A stretch of DNA of 64,000 nucleotides from Torpedo marmorata (lineage: Eukaryota). How positions within the stretch are numbered: the first letter of the stretch is position 1; every line of letters begins with the position of its first letter. The position numbers and the translations under genes were made by a program. The stretch spans positions 259,222,001 through 259,286,000 of the forward strand of contig OZ360219.1 of assembly GCA_977017645.1 (NCBI GenBank), read 5' to 3'. Under the pieces are notes generated by a model. That model did no database searches. It was not told the DNA's origin and was given only the letters and a program-made list of their open reading frames with translations. Positions 12,137 through 25,629 of this stretch are shown here, in pieces.

Positions 12137-12969
12137 GTGGCGCTGCCGGAGCCGCTGTAACGGCAGCGCTGCCGCGGACCCGCGGGGAGCATGGGAGCGG
12201 AGATACAGCGCTCCCGCGGGATCCAACCGCCCAGTCGACTGCCGTCGGTTCCACATGGGCTTTGAACAGCACGTTGAGGGAGCCAACGGTGGTTTTATTT
12301 ACGATCCCACGACCGTGGGGTCTGCGCCCAAGATGGCAGCGCCTTTTAACCGGCAGCAGCCACGAGGGGCTGCAGACTCCGGGGAAGCGGAGGACTGGAG
12401 CAGGGCACCAGAGGACGGGAAGATCACCCCCCCGTCTGAGAAGGAGAAGCGGAGGAGACGACCCACGGGACGGTGACCACGGCGGCGGACCAGTGAGGGG
12501 CTCTGAGGCTGAAGGACCAGTGCATGCGGTAGGCTGCTGGCGACTCAAGGCGAGGAACCCGCGGAGGCTGTGGGCTGCTGGAGACTGCTGTCGGGGGACT
12601 CACGCCGGGCTGCGGACTGCTGGAGGCTGGCTCGATCTAACTGGAGGAGTACCAGCTATCGGAACCGGGATGCGAGGGGGTGCTGAGGGCACCCTGACCG
12701 TGTTGGAGGTTCAGATCTGGAGCTCGGGTTGCCATGGTTTGGACTAGACTCTGTGGCTGCGGAGGCTGCGGAAGCACTGGAGGCGAATCTACGGACACTC
12801 AGTGACTCTTTTGCTTCTCTTTCTCTGACTGTAAGGAAGGTTAGAGGCACTTAGGCAATTTCTGCCGGTGGCGAATCTGTCTGCGTTGCAGCAGGCAAAA
12901 AGAAATTTCATGGAATATGACACTGTCTTATTACTATGACAATAAATTGAATCTTGATCTTGATCCCAG
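12137..12969 (+). mobile_element. GC-rich non-autonomous retroelement with a Rex1-like 3' tail
   Basis: CpG-rich body; 3' end gcaggcaaaaagaaatttca...gacaataaattgaatcttgatcttgat resembles the Rex1 tail at 63120-63190; possible 8-bp TSD tgaagatg (12129-12136, 12970-12977). Confidence 0.55.
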
Positions 12970-13519
12970 TGAAGATGACTCAAATCTTTCCAATTACCTT
13001 ATTAGCAACCCAATCCTCATACTTCCTCAACCTCCAGTTATGCCCTTGCCCAGCAACTGCTTGGAAGACTCTTGACCAAAACGGTCATTAGAATCCTGAT
13101 GCACTACCCGCCAGTCCATGCACTGGGAGAACTGAAATATCTAAGGGTGTAATTATCCTTCTGAGGCATGATATGAAATTTGCAGCTAAAAAGCTTGTCT
13201 GTGATGGATTTATTGATCAAAAATAAAATGTGTCTGACAAGCCTCAATGACATTTCTAGTGAGAATAAAAACACTGGTTGAACTTCTCAATCAATTCATA
13301 CTAAATTAATTATTTTTTGGAAAGGTGTTATAAAGTTAACTGCGGTGTGAATTGAAAAATTCACACTGCAGGAGTTAAAGGTGTTCTTCAAAAACTAGAA
13401 TCCAGGTTTATATTTTGACAGGGCTCATGGGATATTTAAGGATGACATGTGTTATATATGTTAACTTCACTCTCCATCATTGTCAACAAAATGCCACATT
13501 TATTTGTATTTAATTAAAT

Positions 13520-13781
13520 GTAATTTTAGTTTAGAGGTACAGCATGGTAACCGGCCTCTCCGTGCTATGAGCCTACGCCACCAAAATTCATCCATTTGAC
13601 CAATTAACCTTTTAACCCTGCAAGTCTTTGGAATGTGGGAGGAAATTGGAAAGCCTGGAGGAAACCCACACGGTCACAGAGAGAACATTCAAACTCCTTA
13701 TACAGACAGCGCCGGATTCGAACCCACATGGCTGGCACTGTGATAGTGTTGTGCTAACTGCTACACTAACTGTACCACCCC
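13520..13781 (-). mobile_element. tRNA-derived V-SINE (HE1-like)
   Basis: Pol III B box ggttcgaatcc, V-core ggagtttg..ttctc..gtgggtttcctcc, and a CR1-like 3' tail. Confidence 0.85.
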
Positions 13782-14316
13782 ATATGGTGCCAACATATAT
13801 ACCTAGATTCCTGCATATATATCTAAAAGGTCTACCCTGGACCTAATTCCTAACTTCTAAGAGCATAATAAAAATAAGTGAATAGTTGCTTGAAAAAGGC
13901 TGATACAGGCATGATGGGCTGAATTACTTCCCGCTGATGTGAACGATCTGATGAATTCACTCTACAACTGGACTAGTGCACCTCATGAATGCTTCTGGGT
14001 ACAAAAAATGATAAATAAACATGTCCCAATCTCAAGTACTTGATTCAAACTATTTGAACAAAAGATAAGTCAACAAAATAACTGCATTTAATAATATAAG
14101 TTTTATCTACAAACATTTGTAGGTAACCTTTGCTGATCCTTGTTTGAATTGTTCATTAAAATTTGTATGTTTTATAATATTCTCTGAGAACATTTAGTGC
14201 CAAATTGGTGTTGATAAAATATTGCTCTAGGACATCTATCTTTCATCTTTTACAGAGTATCCAACCGATGATAAATGTAAGACCATGATCCTGCCCTATA
14301 AATAATTGGTGACAGT

Positions 14317-15133
14317 TATTACGAGCTCCCGTTTCATTTAGTGTGAATATCACTTTAAGGGCTAGTACAGGCTGTAACCATTCACAGCTTTGCAGAGACA
14401 GGGTGGCAACAGATAGTACAGGCTGTACGCAAATTCGCTACTTTGGAGAGAAGAAAGGATAATGTGTAGTTTTTTCCAGGGACACAGGTGGTGAGATCCA
14501 TGTGGGTGGAACACTGAAGGAACAGCACTTCATGACCGGCGGCCATGTCATCGAACACTGAGCAGGAATGACGCTGTGTGATAATGGACAATTCGGCTGA
14601 TTCTCCCTGTCAGTGGAATTATTGAACCCCACCGTGACCAAAGGAAAAGGAGAATTGCTGCATCGGATGGTGACCAAAGTAATGGTCATTTCGATTGACC
14701 CGTACCTGGGTTTTGGAAGCATCGTGGAAGTCACGCTTTCGTTTCCCCTACACAAGGAAAAGGGGAGTTGTGACAACAGTTCGTACAAAAGGATATTTCT
14801 CTGGAAGCAACTCAACGAGGATTTGTGAGTTTTCGGCAGTCCAGTCACTCAGCCTCTCCCATGTTCTTCGCGAACTTCTGTGCATCAGTTTAAAAATCTG
14901 CGTTTCGACAATGGATTTCTAATTCTGAACTTTGGAATGACTTTCCAGAATTGTGCCTAAGCTGTAATGGTTTGGGTATCCCACATACACACACACACAC
15001 AAGTACATTTGCGCATAGTTGGGTTTGATTTGACTACTGTGTTATATTATTAGTAGTTATTAATAAATGTAATGTTTTAAAAAAATAACACTGCCTTGGT
15101 GAATTTCCATTGCTGCTGGTCTGCGACGTAACA
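14317..15133 (+). repeat. 5' LTR of Gmr1-like element
   Basis: About 817-bp direct repeat of 21347-22165; tattacg...cgtaaca; AATAAA near 15063. Confidence 0.93.
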
Positions 15134-15136
15134 AAT

Positions 15137-15154
15137 TGGGGGCTCGTCCGGGAT
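15137..15154 (+). promoter_or_regulatory. Primer binding site, tRNA-Pro
   Basis: TGGGGGCTCGTCCGGGAT is the canonical 18-nt complement of the tRNA-Pro 3' end. Confidence 0.92.
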
Positions 15155-15234
15155 CTGACAAAAATTGGAGCTTATTGATCGATTGATTTTCGATTTGATC
15201 GATTAAATTCCTTTTTGAAAGCCAATTACAAGGC

Positions 15235-16515
15235 TTGTGGGTGTGTGGGAAAACAGCAGCAATGGATATTGATGAGTTGTTGAAATTGCCATCCTCTGTG
15301 GGTTTGCAGAGGGCGAAAAATAATGAATTGGTGGTTATTGCCCAAAAGTTGGGACTTGTTGTGATAAAAATGTCTATGAAAAAGGCGGAGATCCGGAGAA
15401 TTATAGTTGAAAACTATATAGCAGCGGGGAAGTTTGGAGAGGAGGAGTTAGAACAGTTTCCTGAGAGTAACTCCCTTGAGCAGCGGTTACCGTTGGAACA
15501 GATTGAGTTAGAAAAACGTAGATTTGAGGCGGAGGAAGCAGAGAAGCAAAGGGAGGAAGCAGAGAAGCAAAGGCAGTTTGAGCTACGTGTATTTGAGTTA
15601 GAGTTAGAAAAACATAGATTTGAGGTGGAGGAAGCAGAGAAGCAAAGGCAGTTTGAGGCAGAGGAAGAAGAGAAACAAAGGCAGTTGGAGAGAGAGAAGA
15701 TGAGAAATGGAACTCCTCCTTCTGGTGCTAGTAAGAGGTTTGTGACCAGTAGGGAGGTTAGGTTAGTTCCTCCATTTGATGAGGCTGAGATTGATAAATA
15801 CTTCCAGCATTTTGAGAAAGTTGTTGAGAGTTTAAAGTGGCCACAAGACCATTGGTCCCTCATGTTACAAAGTGTGATTAAAGGGAAGGCCCAGCAGGCT
15901 TACTCTGCCCTTACAACCGAACAAGCTGAGACTGTAAAGCAAGCCGTGCTTAAAGCTTATGAATTGGTTCCAGAAGCTTATAGGCAAAAATTCATGAATT
16001 GAGGAAATCGGTGAACCAGTCTTATATGGATTTTGCGTATGAAAAAACTGTGTGCTTTGACCGATGGTGCACATCAAAAAAAAAAAAAGGTGATTATAAC
16101 AGACTGAGAGAGCTGGTGTTAGTTGAGGAAATTAAAAGGTGTGTTCCTAATGACATAAAAGCATATTTAGACAAAAAGGGAGTGGGAACTTGGCAAGAAT
16201 CTGCTAAATTAGCAGATGAGTATGCTTTAACCCACAAGGTTAAGTTTGTACCAAGTAGAACCTTCCAAAAGTGTAATATGGACTATCCAAGTAAGTTAGA
16301 AAATAAATCGGGATGTAGTGTTAGGGGTAAAGATGAAGGGAAGCAAGAAAAGGAAAAACCTTCAGGTCCCCTTTGCCACTATTGTAAGAAACCTGGTAAC
16401 ATGATATCAAATTGTTCCATGCTGAGAAAAAAGAAAGAAAAGGAGGCAGCGCCAGATGCCTGTATTCAAAGAGATGAAACATATAGAAATCAAAAAGGTT
16501 CCAGACCTGCTGATA
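15235..16515 (+). pseudogene. Gmr1-like gag (coiled-coil repeats, capsid/SCAN-related region, zinc knuckle)
   Basis: [44 protein letters not shown] and [14 protein letters not shown]; frameshift near 16000. Confidence 0.88.
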
Positions 16516-16519
16516 ACAT

Positions 16520-17771
16520 CATGAGGCTCGTCATGAGGCACATCAAGCTTCTGCTGCCCCCCTCACTGGACCCCCTGCAGTTCGTATATAGATCAAACCG
16601 CTCCACAGATGATGCCATCATTATCACCCTCCACTTAGCCCTCACCCACCTGGAAAATAAGGACGCGTATGTTCGAATGCTGTTTATTGACTTCAGCTCG
16701 GCATTCAACACGATCATACCTCAGGACCTGATAGGAAAGTTGAGGGGGCTGGGCCTAAACTACACCCTCTGTAATTGGATCCTAGACTTCCTGACGGGAA
16801 GACCTCAGGCAGTCCGGATTGGAAACAGCACTTCTAAGGTCATTATATTGAGCACGGGGGCTTCCCATGGCTGTGTGCTTAGTCCATTGCTGTTCACCCT
16901 GCTGACTCATGACTGTGCAGCAAAACACAGCTCGAATCACATCATAAAGTTCGCTGATGATACAACCGTGGTGGGCCTTATCAGTAAGAATGATGAGTCA
17001 GCATACAGAGATGAGGTGCAGTTGCTAATGGAATGGTGCGGAAACAACAACCTGCAGCTGAACGTAAACAAAACAAAAGAGGTGGTTGTCGACTTCAGAA
17101 GGGCCCAGGGGGATCATTCTCCTTTGACCATGGACGGCTCTACCGTTGAGGTCGTAAAGAGTACCAGGTTTTTTGGAGTGCAGTTGACGGAGAGTCTCAG
17201 CTGGTCCCTAAACACCAGTTCCATAGTCAAGAAAGCCCAGCAGTGTCTTTACTTCCTGCGAAGACTGAGGAAAGTTCATTTCCCACCCCCTATCCTTACT
17301 ACATTCTACAGGGGATGTATTGAGAGTATTCTGAGCAATTGCATCACTGCTTGGTTTGGTAACTGTACCACCTCGGACCGAAAGAACCTGCAGAGGATAG
17401 TGAGGGCAGTGGAGAAAATTATTGGAGTCTCTCTCCCCACCATGACAGACATCTACAACACACGATGCATGAGGAAGGCTAAAAACATTGTGAAGGACTT
17501 CTCACACCCCTTTGGTAAACTGTTTTCCCCTTTGCCATCTGGAAGGAGGTACCGAAGCACTCGGGCTCGTACGTCCAGACTGTGCCACAGTTTTTTCCCC
17601 CAAGCCATCAGGCTCCTCAATTCCTAGATATATATGTGTATTAGCATGTTATAGTTTTTCTATTGTATTATGATATTTATGTGCATCTGCCCATGGTCCT
17701 GGAGAAACGCTATCTCGTCTTGCTGTGTATATGGTAATCAACGACAAATAAAGGTGACTTGACTTGACTTG
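16520..17771 (+). mobile_element. 5'-truncated Rex1/Babar LINE inserted in the Gmr1-like element
   Basis: [30 protein letters not shown] and KFADDT; tail aataaaaggt(gactt)n; short ACAT duplication (16516-16519, 17772-17775). Confidence 0.92.
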
Positions 17772-17775
17772 ACAT

Positions 17776-20700
17776 TAGGGATGAATTCAAATATTTTGTT
17801 TCAGAGGGTTTGCTTTCAGTAAAGGAAGGGTCACTGCAAGTGCTAGTGAAAATCCTTCGAGCTACTGGGGCCACCCAGTCACTCATGTTGCACAGTGTTT
17901 TGGAGTTTGGCGATGAGACTGCCACGGGTGAAATAAATTTGATTCGAGGTCTGGGGGGTGATCTGGAGTCTATACCTCTGCACAGGAGAGTGTTGAAATC
18001 AGCACTAGTTGATGGACATGTTACGATAGGGATCCGATCAAGTTTACCAGTGGAGGGAGTTTTGTTGTTATTAGGAAATGACCTTGCAGAGGGTAAAGTT
18101 GTCCCTGCTGTGTGGTTGACAGCTAAGCCAGTCATTGATGAGACAAAGACAGATTGTGATATATATCCAGCCTGCGCAGTGACCCGTGCTATGGCTAAAA
18201 AGCTTGCCAGTGCAGACAGTCCTGTGCAGACTGATTTCACAGGGACTGGAATCTGTGATAGTACAAAACAGCACTCAGGTTGTAATGACCTGCCAAAGAC
18301 TTTACCACTTTATTTATTGCACCAGAGTTCTAGTGTTAAACCCAAGAGTAAAGATTTGTCATTATCCCGAAAAGAGTTTATAGAGGGGCAGAACAAAGAT
18401 CCCGATCTTACTGAAGTGAGAGATAAGTCTCTTTCTGATGATGAAATTAAGAAATTGCCAGTTGGCTACTATTTCTAGGATGGCGTGTTGATGAGGAAGT
18501 GAAGACCATCTGATATTCCTGCCAGTGAAGAATGGGCAGTTGTTCACCAGGTTGTAGTTCCTAAAGCCTATAGGGATGAAATTTTAACCTTGGCCCATAG
18601 CACGCCCTCAGGTGGTCATCTTGGTGTAAGGAAAACTATGTATAAGATTATGAAACAATTCTATTGGCCTCGTTTAAGAAAAGATGTTGTGACATTTTGC
18701 CGGACATGTCGCATTTGTCAGGTTTTGGGTAAACTCAATCAGGGTCCCCCAGTGGCTCGATTACAACCAATTCCTGCTTTTGACGAACCCTTTTCTAAAG
18801 TTATTGTGGATTGTGCTGGCCCATTGCCCAAGACAAAAGCTGGGAATCAGTATTTGTTAACTGTCATGTGTACAGTCTCCAGGTTTCCAGAAGCAGTACC
18901 ACTAAGAAATATTAAAGCTAAAGCTGTGTCAAAAGCTCTAATAAAATGTTTCACTTTAGTCGGTTTGCGTAAAGAGATTCAATCAGATCGGGAAGTAATT
19001 TCATGTCAGGGTTGTTTCAACAGATAGTTTATAAATTAGGAGCTAACCAAATCACGTCATCTGCATATCATCCAAAATCTCAAGGGGCCTTGGAGAGGTT
19101 CTATTCAACTCTCAAAACTATGATGAGGACCTATTGTTTTGAGAATGAGAAGGACTGGGATGAGGGTGTCCATTTGCTTTTGTTTGCAGTGAAGGAGTCT
19201 GTACAAGAATCATGAGGCTTTAGCTCTTTTGAGCTGGTGTTTGGACATCAAGTTAGAGGACCTTCAGTGTTGTTGAAGGAACAATGGGTTAATGAGGATG
19301 TGAAGTTGAATTTATTAGATTATGTTTCAAAGTTTAAAGATCATTTGCAGAAAGTCTGTAAATTAGCTCAAGAGAATTTGAAAATGGCTCAAGGCAAAAT
19401 AAAGGTCTGGTATGATAAAAAGGCTAGGGTGAGAACTTTTAAACCGGGGATAAAGTGTTAATCCTTTTCCCAACAAATTCCAATCCCCTTAGGGCTAAAT
19501 TTTCAGGCCCATATGAGATAGAGTCAAAGGAGAATGAAGTCAGCTACGTAGTTAGAACACCTGATCGGAGACGTAAAATGCAGAGTTTTCATGTCAACAT
19601 GTTAAAACCTTATTTAGAGAACGGCTTTTAGCAAGGAACAGCCTTCACCAGCGGTATTGGTTGTTGATAGAACTAAGGAGTCTAGGGACCATGAGACGGT
19701 ACAAGCTGACTCTAGTGAGTGTCACTTCAAACAAAACATTGTCCCAGTTCGTCTGTCTAATTCGATTATTTTGCAGAAATTGGATGATAAGTTGACTCAT
19801 CTTCAGCCCTAGGAAAAGGAGCAAATGAAACAGCTACTTTTAAAATTTAGGAACCTGTTTCCAGATGTGCCTCAGAGAACCCCAATAACTTGTCATGATG
19901 TTGATGTTGGAGATGCAAAACCTATCAAACAACATCCATATCGAATGAATGTTTAAAAGTGAAAACTGGTAGATTAGAGATTGAATATATGTTAAAGAAT
20001 GATATTATTAGATGATCTACCTCAGATTGGAGTTCACCTTGTGTCCTGGTGCCCAAACCAGATGGGATGGTTAGATTTTGCACCGATTATAGAAAAGTTA
20101 ATGCGGTAACAAAGACAGATGCTTATCCTATCCCTAGGGTGGATGATTGTGTGGACAAGGTTGGAAAGGCTAAATTTCTTATGAAGATGGACTTATTAAA
20201 AGGTTACTGGTGTGTTCCCTTAACAGACAGAGGTAGGGAAATTTCTGCATTGTGACCTCGTCAGGGTTATATGAATACAATGTTTTACCATTTGGAATGA
20301 AAAATGCTCCAGGTACATTCCAAAGAATGATTAATTCTGTGATTCAAGATTTAGAGCATACGAATGTTTATATTGATGATTTGGTTATGGGGAATGACAC
20401 TTGGGAGGCACATATCTCTGAGTTAGAGAAATTGTATGACAAACTTTCAAAAGCAAACCTTACTGTTAATTTAGCTAAAAGTGAATTTGGCTATGCTTCT
20501 GTGACTTATCTTGGCTATGTTGTTGGTCAAGGCAAGTTGGCGCCTCTTCAGGCGAACATTCAGACAATTTCTGAGTTTCCCGTTCCCATGGGTAAGAAAG
20601 CTGTTAGGAGGTTTTTGGGAATGGTAGGGTATTATCAAAAGTTCTGTAAAAGTTTTGCTGATATCGCCCTTCCCTTAACTAACCTTCTGAAGAAGGGTGA

Positions 20701-21175
20701 GAAGTTTGTTTGGACAGAACTTTGTCAGGAAGCATTTGATAAATTGAAAGCCATTTTATCTCACCAGCCTGTGCCTAAGTCACCTGACTTTGAGAAGCCA
20801 TTTTCTTTAGCAGTAGATGCTAGTGATGAAGCTGCAGGAACAGTGTTATTACAAAAGAATGGTTGTGATGATATTGACCATCCAGTGGCTTACTTATCCA
20901 AGAAATTCAAGGAACATCAAAATAAATATTCTACCATAGAGAAATAATTATTGTCACTTGTACTGGCTTTGCAGCATTTCGATGTTTACATCTGAACAGC
21001 TCAGGGACCACTTGTTGTGTATACTGACCGTAATCCCTTCGTGTTCTTGAGTAAAATGAAAAACTAAAATAGACGATTGTTAAACTGGAGTCTAATTCTG
21101 CAGGAATATGATTTAATTATAACTCATATTAGAGGCAAGGATAATGTAATTGCTGATTGCCTTTCAAGATGTTAT
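17776..21175 (+). pseudogene. Gmr1-like pol: protease, integrase, RT, RNase H (many stops and frameshifts)
   Basis: ILRATGATQS (protease); HSTPSGGH..CRTC, VDCAGPLP, IQSD and SQGALER (IN); RFCTDYRKVN, PFGMKNAP and YIDD (RT); AVDASD and YSTIEK (RH). Confidence 0.92.
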
Positions 21176-21346
21176 GTTTGCAATGTTTTGCAGCAAAATG
21201 AAACTTATTATTTGTATCCGCTGCTGAAAAATGTTATATTTGTCTGTATTATATCATGTAACAATAGTGAATGTATTATTTCAAATATTGTAGGCTGCAG
21301 TTAAAATTTTGCTCTTACAGATCAAAATTTTCTTTGTTGGGGGAGA

Positions 21347-22165
21347 TATTACGAGCTCCCGTTTCATTTAGGGTGAATATTACTTTAAGCGCTAGTACAG
21401 GCTGCAACCATTCACAGCTTTGGAGAGACGGGGTGGCATCAGCTAGTACAGGCTGTACCCAAATTTTCTACATTGGAGAGAAGAAAGGACAACGTGTTGC
21501 TTTTTCCAGGGACACAGGTGGTGAGATCCATGTGGGTGGAACACTGAAGGAACAGCACTTCATGACCGGCGGCCATGTCATCAAACACTGAGCAGGAATG
21601 ACTCTGTGTGATAATGGATAATTCAGCTGATTCTCCCTGTCAGGGGAATTGTGAACCCCACCGTGACCAAAGGAAAAGGAGAATTGCTGCATCAGATCGT
21701 GACCAAAGTAATGGTCATTTTGATTGACCCGTACCTGGGTTTTGGAAGCATCGTGGAAGTCACGCGTTTCTTTTCCCCTACACAAGGAAAAGGGGAGTTG
21801 TGACAACCATTCGTACAAAAGGATATTTCTCTGGAAGCAACTCAACGAGGATTTGTGAGTTTTCGGCAGTCCGGTCACTCAGTCTCTCCCATGTCCTTCG
21901 CGAACTTCTGTGCATCAGTTTAAAAATCTCCATTTCGACAATGGATTTCTAAGACTGAACTTTGGAATGACTTTCCAGAATTGTGCCTAAGCTGTAATGG
22001 TTTGGGTATCCCACATACACACACACACACAAGTACATTTGCACATAGTTGGGTTTGATTTGACTAATGTGTTATATTATTAGTAGTTATTAATAAGTAT
22101 AGTGTTTTTAAAAAAAATAACACTGCCTTGGTGAATTTCCATTGCTGCCGGTCTGCGACGTAACA
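21347..22165 (+). repeat. 3' LTR of Gmr1-like element
   Basis: Copy of the 5' LTR, preceded by a PPT. Confidence 0.93.
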
Positions 22166-22644
22166 CAGTGCTCATGCATAGTAAATAAACTCCTTCCTAA
22201 GGTAAGTATTCATATACTACAAAGGCATGCAATAAGATAAAGAATCAATTTTTAGTGTCAAACTCATTTTAGCTGCCAAAAGTATAATTTGGTTTCAAAA
22301 CAAGGATAGCCTATATATGAATACAAAATAAAAGTCAAAGATAAGCAAGGACTTTTGCCGATTGAGGATTATTCTTAACATATTCTAACTGGCCCTGTAC
22401 AAGAACAAGCTGAGAGTAAAGAGTATTTTACAGTACAGTACATTCATGGAATTAATATATTTTTTTCAGCTTGCAAGTAATTTTAATTTAAAATTTTTAT
22501 TTTATTTAATTGCCAACTTTGCAGTCGACTAATTAATTAATTAACTCATTCATTTGTTTATTATAAGTCACTTGTTTCTCTGGTAATTCTGAAAAGAACA
22601 CTTCAATTTTATATCTTTCACACCATTTTCATGACTTCCCACAC

Positions 22645-22920
22645 TTTGTCTCTGGGCACCATTCTTTTGGAAAGATGTAAAGGCAATAGAAAATGTAGAG
22701 AAAAGATTTACTGCCATGGCTCCTCAGATAAAAGATCTAATCAGAGTTTATGAAGAGAAACTATAGCCACTTGCGAGAGGTTCAGAAGCAGATGACACTG
22801 ATTTCATTTTTCTGTCAGAGTCCAAAGGAGAACTGTTTGTTACTTTTACCTATAGGGAACATTTAGGATCTAGAATGTACTGTCTAAAAGGCTGGTGGAT
22901 TCAATTGCACCTTTCAAATA
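22645..22920 (+). mobile_element. Ancient CR1 3' remnant
   Basis: Degenerate match to the KD..ALE.VQ.RFT region of CR1 ORF2. Confidence 0.45.
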
Positions 22921-25424
22921 GTTGGTAACTTTGTATCAGGCAAGTGTAAGGCAATTTCTTTCTCCAATGAGAATATTTAACCCACTGATATTCAAAGACA
23001 TTACCGCAGTTGTCTTTATTAACAATTTAGTATCACTATTTACCAAAAAAAAAGACCACTCATATAAATACTGTGACTATAAGAACAGTTCAGAAGCAAG
23101 TGTTGGGTGAAAGTGATTACCCAATTGATTTTGCAAAAGCTTTTCCATCATCAGCATGTCAAGAGCATAATAAAAAAACTTGGATGAATGCAGTTTTGAA
23201 GCATGCAAAAAGTTTGACATCATGCAGAACAAAGCAATCCATTTAATTGGGATCCCTTCTATGACTTTAAACTATCTCTATCCATACCACAGTGTACATG
23301 GCTGGCATATCAATCATCCTCTTGATGCCATGCAAGACTTCTTTAATACTTCTTTGTCAATGACGTTTACATTCCTATTAAGAGAAAAGATCAGCAGACC
23401 TTAGGGACCACCAACAGCAATCCACAATTTGAGATATATGTCCAATCATTATTTGGTCAGAATGCTGATGTTCCTTACCAACAGCTATATTGTGAGTGTC
23501 TGCAACTCATCAACTGCAATGGTCCATGAAGGCAGCTCACTTTCACCCTTCTCAGGCCACCCTTAACATTGCCCTAACTTGTGAACCAGATATCTCAGGA
23601 AAGAATAACAGATGTTTTGTTTTTTTTTTGTTTCTGCATGCACAGAAGCAAGGGTTCTGAAAGCCAATACATACCTAACAGGAGCAGGGTCACTTTGAAA
23701 CGAGGTGGACACCTACATGTGATTTAAAACTTTTATTGGCATCCATTATATATCAGATTAATTCAAATGTATAACAAACGTAATTTTTATCTGCTGGCTT
23801 GTTTTTTTTTTGCCTAGCCTGTTATCATTGGAACAAATGCAAACCATCCTTAGTCATCTGCAACTGTAGTGGCTGAAAGGTGAAGTCTACTTCAAAAATT
23901 CAAATCCATCTACTGTGATGGAAGTTGATTTCAGAAACAATGTGTAATGTGCAGTCACTATAATACCGTGTTTAGCCCCATGACCAAGGAGAAATTTCCA
24001 CCCTCGGTCTCCAAGCCACTATACTCCACTTGTTATTCCCTGAGCAACAATCATGTCAATATCAAATAGCATACTTGAGACTGATCTTGACATCACATAA
24101 CCCAAGTTTGTCATGTTCCATTTTACTTAGCTTGTTCTTTAAGGTACTGTCATAACAAATCGAAGGTTCTGTCATAAAGCAACTATTAAAATATCCTTTT
24201 GTTCTTTAAAATATTTTTAAGTTGACACATTTGAAGCAAATGAAAACTTTTGGTATGTCAAATAAATATTTTTAGTATAAGAAGCATAATATTAATTAAT
24301 CTTTCATTATTACCTTCTGTCAAATAAAGTAGCATTAGCAACTTCAAAGGATATGTCATTCCTTCTCAAAGTGAAAAGTTACAACAAATGAATATCAACA
24401 ATAAAACTGCAAAACATTCATATTCATTCATTTAGATACATTACTTCAATTACCTTTACCCTTTCTGTGATGTGATTGTCTTTTCTAGTACAGATAAGCA
24501 TGTCGATTTTGATATTATCATACGGTTTAGTTAATAAAGGGCAGCATTTCATGATAAGTATTGGTAAATAAATGTAAAGTTTTTAACAACTGAAGTAAAG
24601 TCACAGCTAAGCTTATCTCACAAATATGTAACATTCTTAAAGGGTTTGACATGATGTTACATAAGCTTGGAGAGTCTTCTGAGGGTCATATTCTCAGGCA
24701 TTTATAGGACTAAAGTGTTTTCAGTCAAGGAGTTATGTGTATTTATAATTCTTGATCCAGAAAAGAATATTGTGTCTACTCAGTTATTTTGGATATTCAA
24801 ACCAGATAAAAATCATTTTTGGATAATAAAGGAACCCATGGTATATTGGGTAGAATGGAAAGATGGAGCTGAGATAAAGGATCAATTTTGATACTGTATA
24901 ATTAAATAGTGGGAGCATTGCACGAATGATGAATGGTCCACTTTTAGTCTTCTATTTCTTCATGCTTGCATCATCATTCACTAAGATCATTGTGGAATTT
25001 TTACTTCAGTGCCCCTTCTTTGAATTATGTCACTTAAAGTCTTAATATCTGAGACATTCTTAGTTCTGCCTTGGAGGTACTCACAACTAATCCTCTACAG
25101 CTATCTTATGTCTAGAATTTCAAACATCCGCTACTCTTGAGATGAAGAAACTCCTTCTCAACTTTATGCTGAATGACCAAGCCCTTATTTGGAGACCGAA
25201 GCTCTTGGTTCTGGACAACCCAGTTAATGATGATGGGACAAAGAATATCTCTGATAGACTGAGTCCAAGAATACCAGGGAACAAGTTGTAGAGATCATCC
25301 GGTCAATGGGTTGTTAGAGAGAGCATTCAGTCTAAAGGGGTAACTCAAATTTCCCTGTGCCTGCTACTATAATTCTCCATCCTATTCCCAGTCTGACTTA
25401 TCTGTCTGTAGCTTCATGAATTGT

Positions 25425-25622
25425 TACTTTTTTAACTTTAAGTTTGAATTTAGACATACACCACGGTAACTGGCCCTTCCGTCCCACAATCCCGCACCCG
25501 GAGGAAATCCATGCAGACACAGGGAGAATGTACAAACTCCTTACAGACAGCGCCGGATTCGATCCTGGGTTGCTGCTGCTGTAACAGTATTGTGCTAACT
25601 GCATCACTATCTGTGCTGCCCT
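25425..25622 (-). mobile_element. HE1-like SINE, internally deleted
   Basis: Head and tail match the other SINE copies. Confidence 0.75.
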
Positions 25623-25629
25623 GTGGGAT

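Larger units (their letters stand above)
14317..22165 (+). mobile_element. Gmr1-like Gypsy LTR retrotransposon (gag-PR-IN-RT-RH order), decayed
   Basis: LTRs 14317-15133 and 21347-22165; 4-bp TSD CAGT (14313-14316, 22166-22169); tRNA-Pro PBS; PPT tgggggaga before the 3' LTR; integrase upstream of RT. Confidence 0.95.

Noticed and set aside
12121-12747. 208-aa ORF as a host gene
   Set aside because: GC-rich sequence that is open in several frames, with no recognisable domain, inside a repeat-like element.
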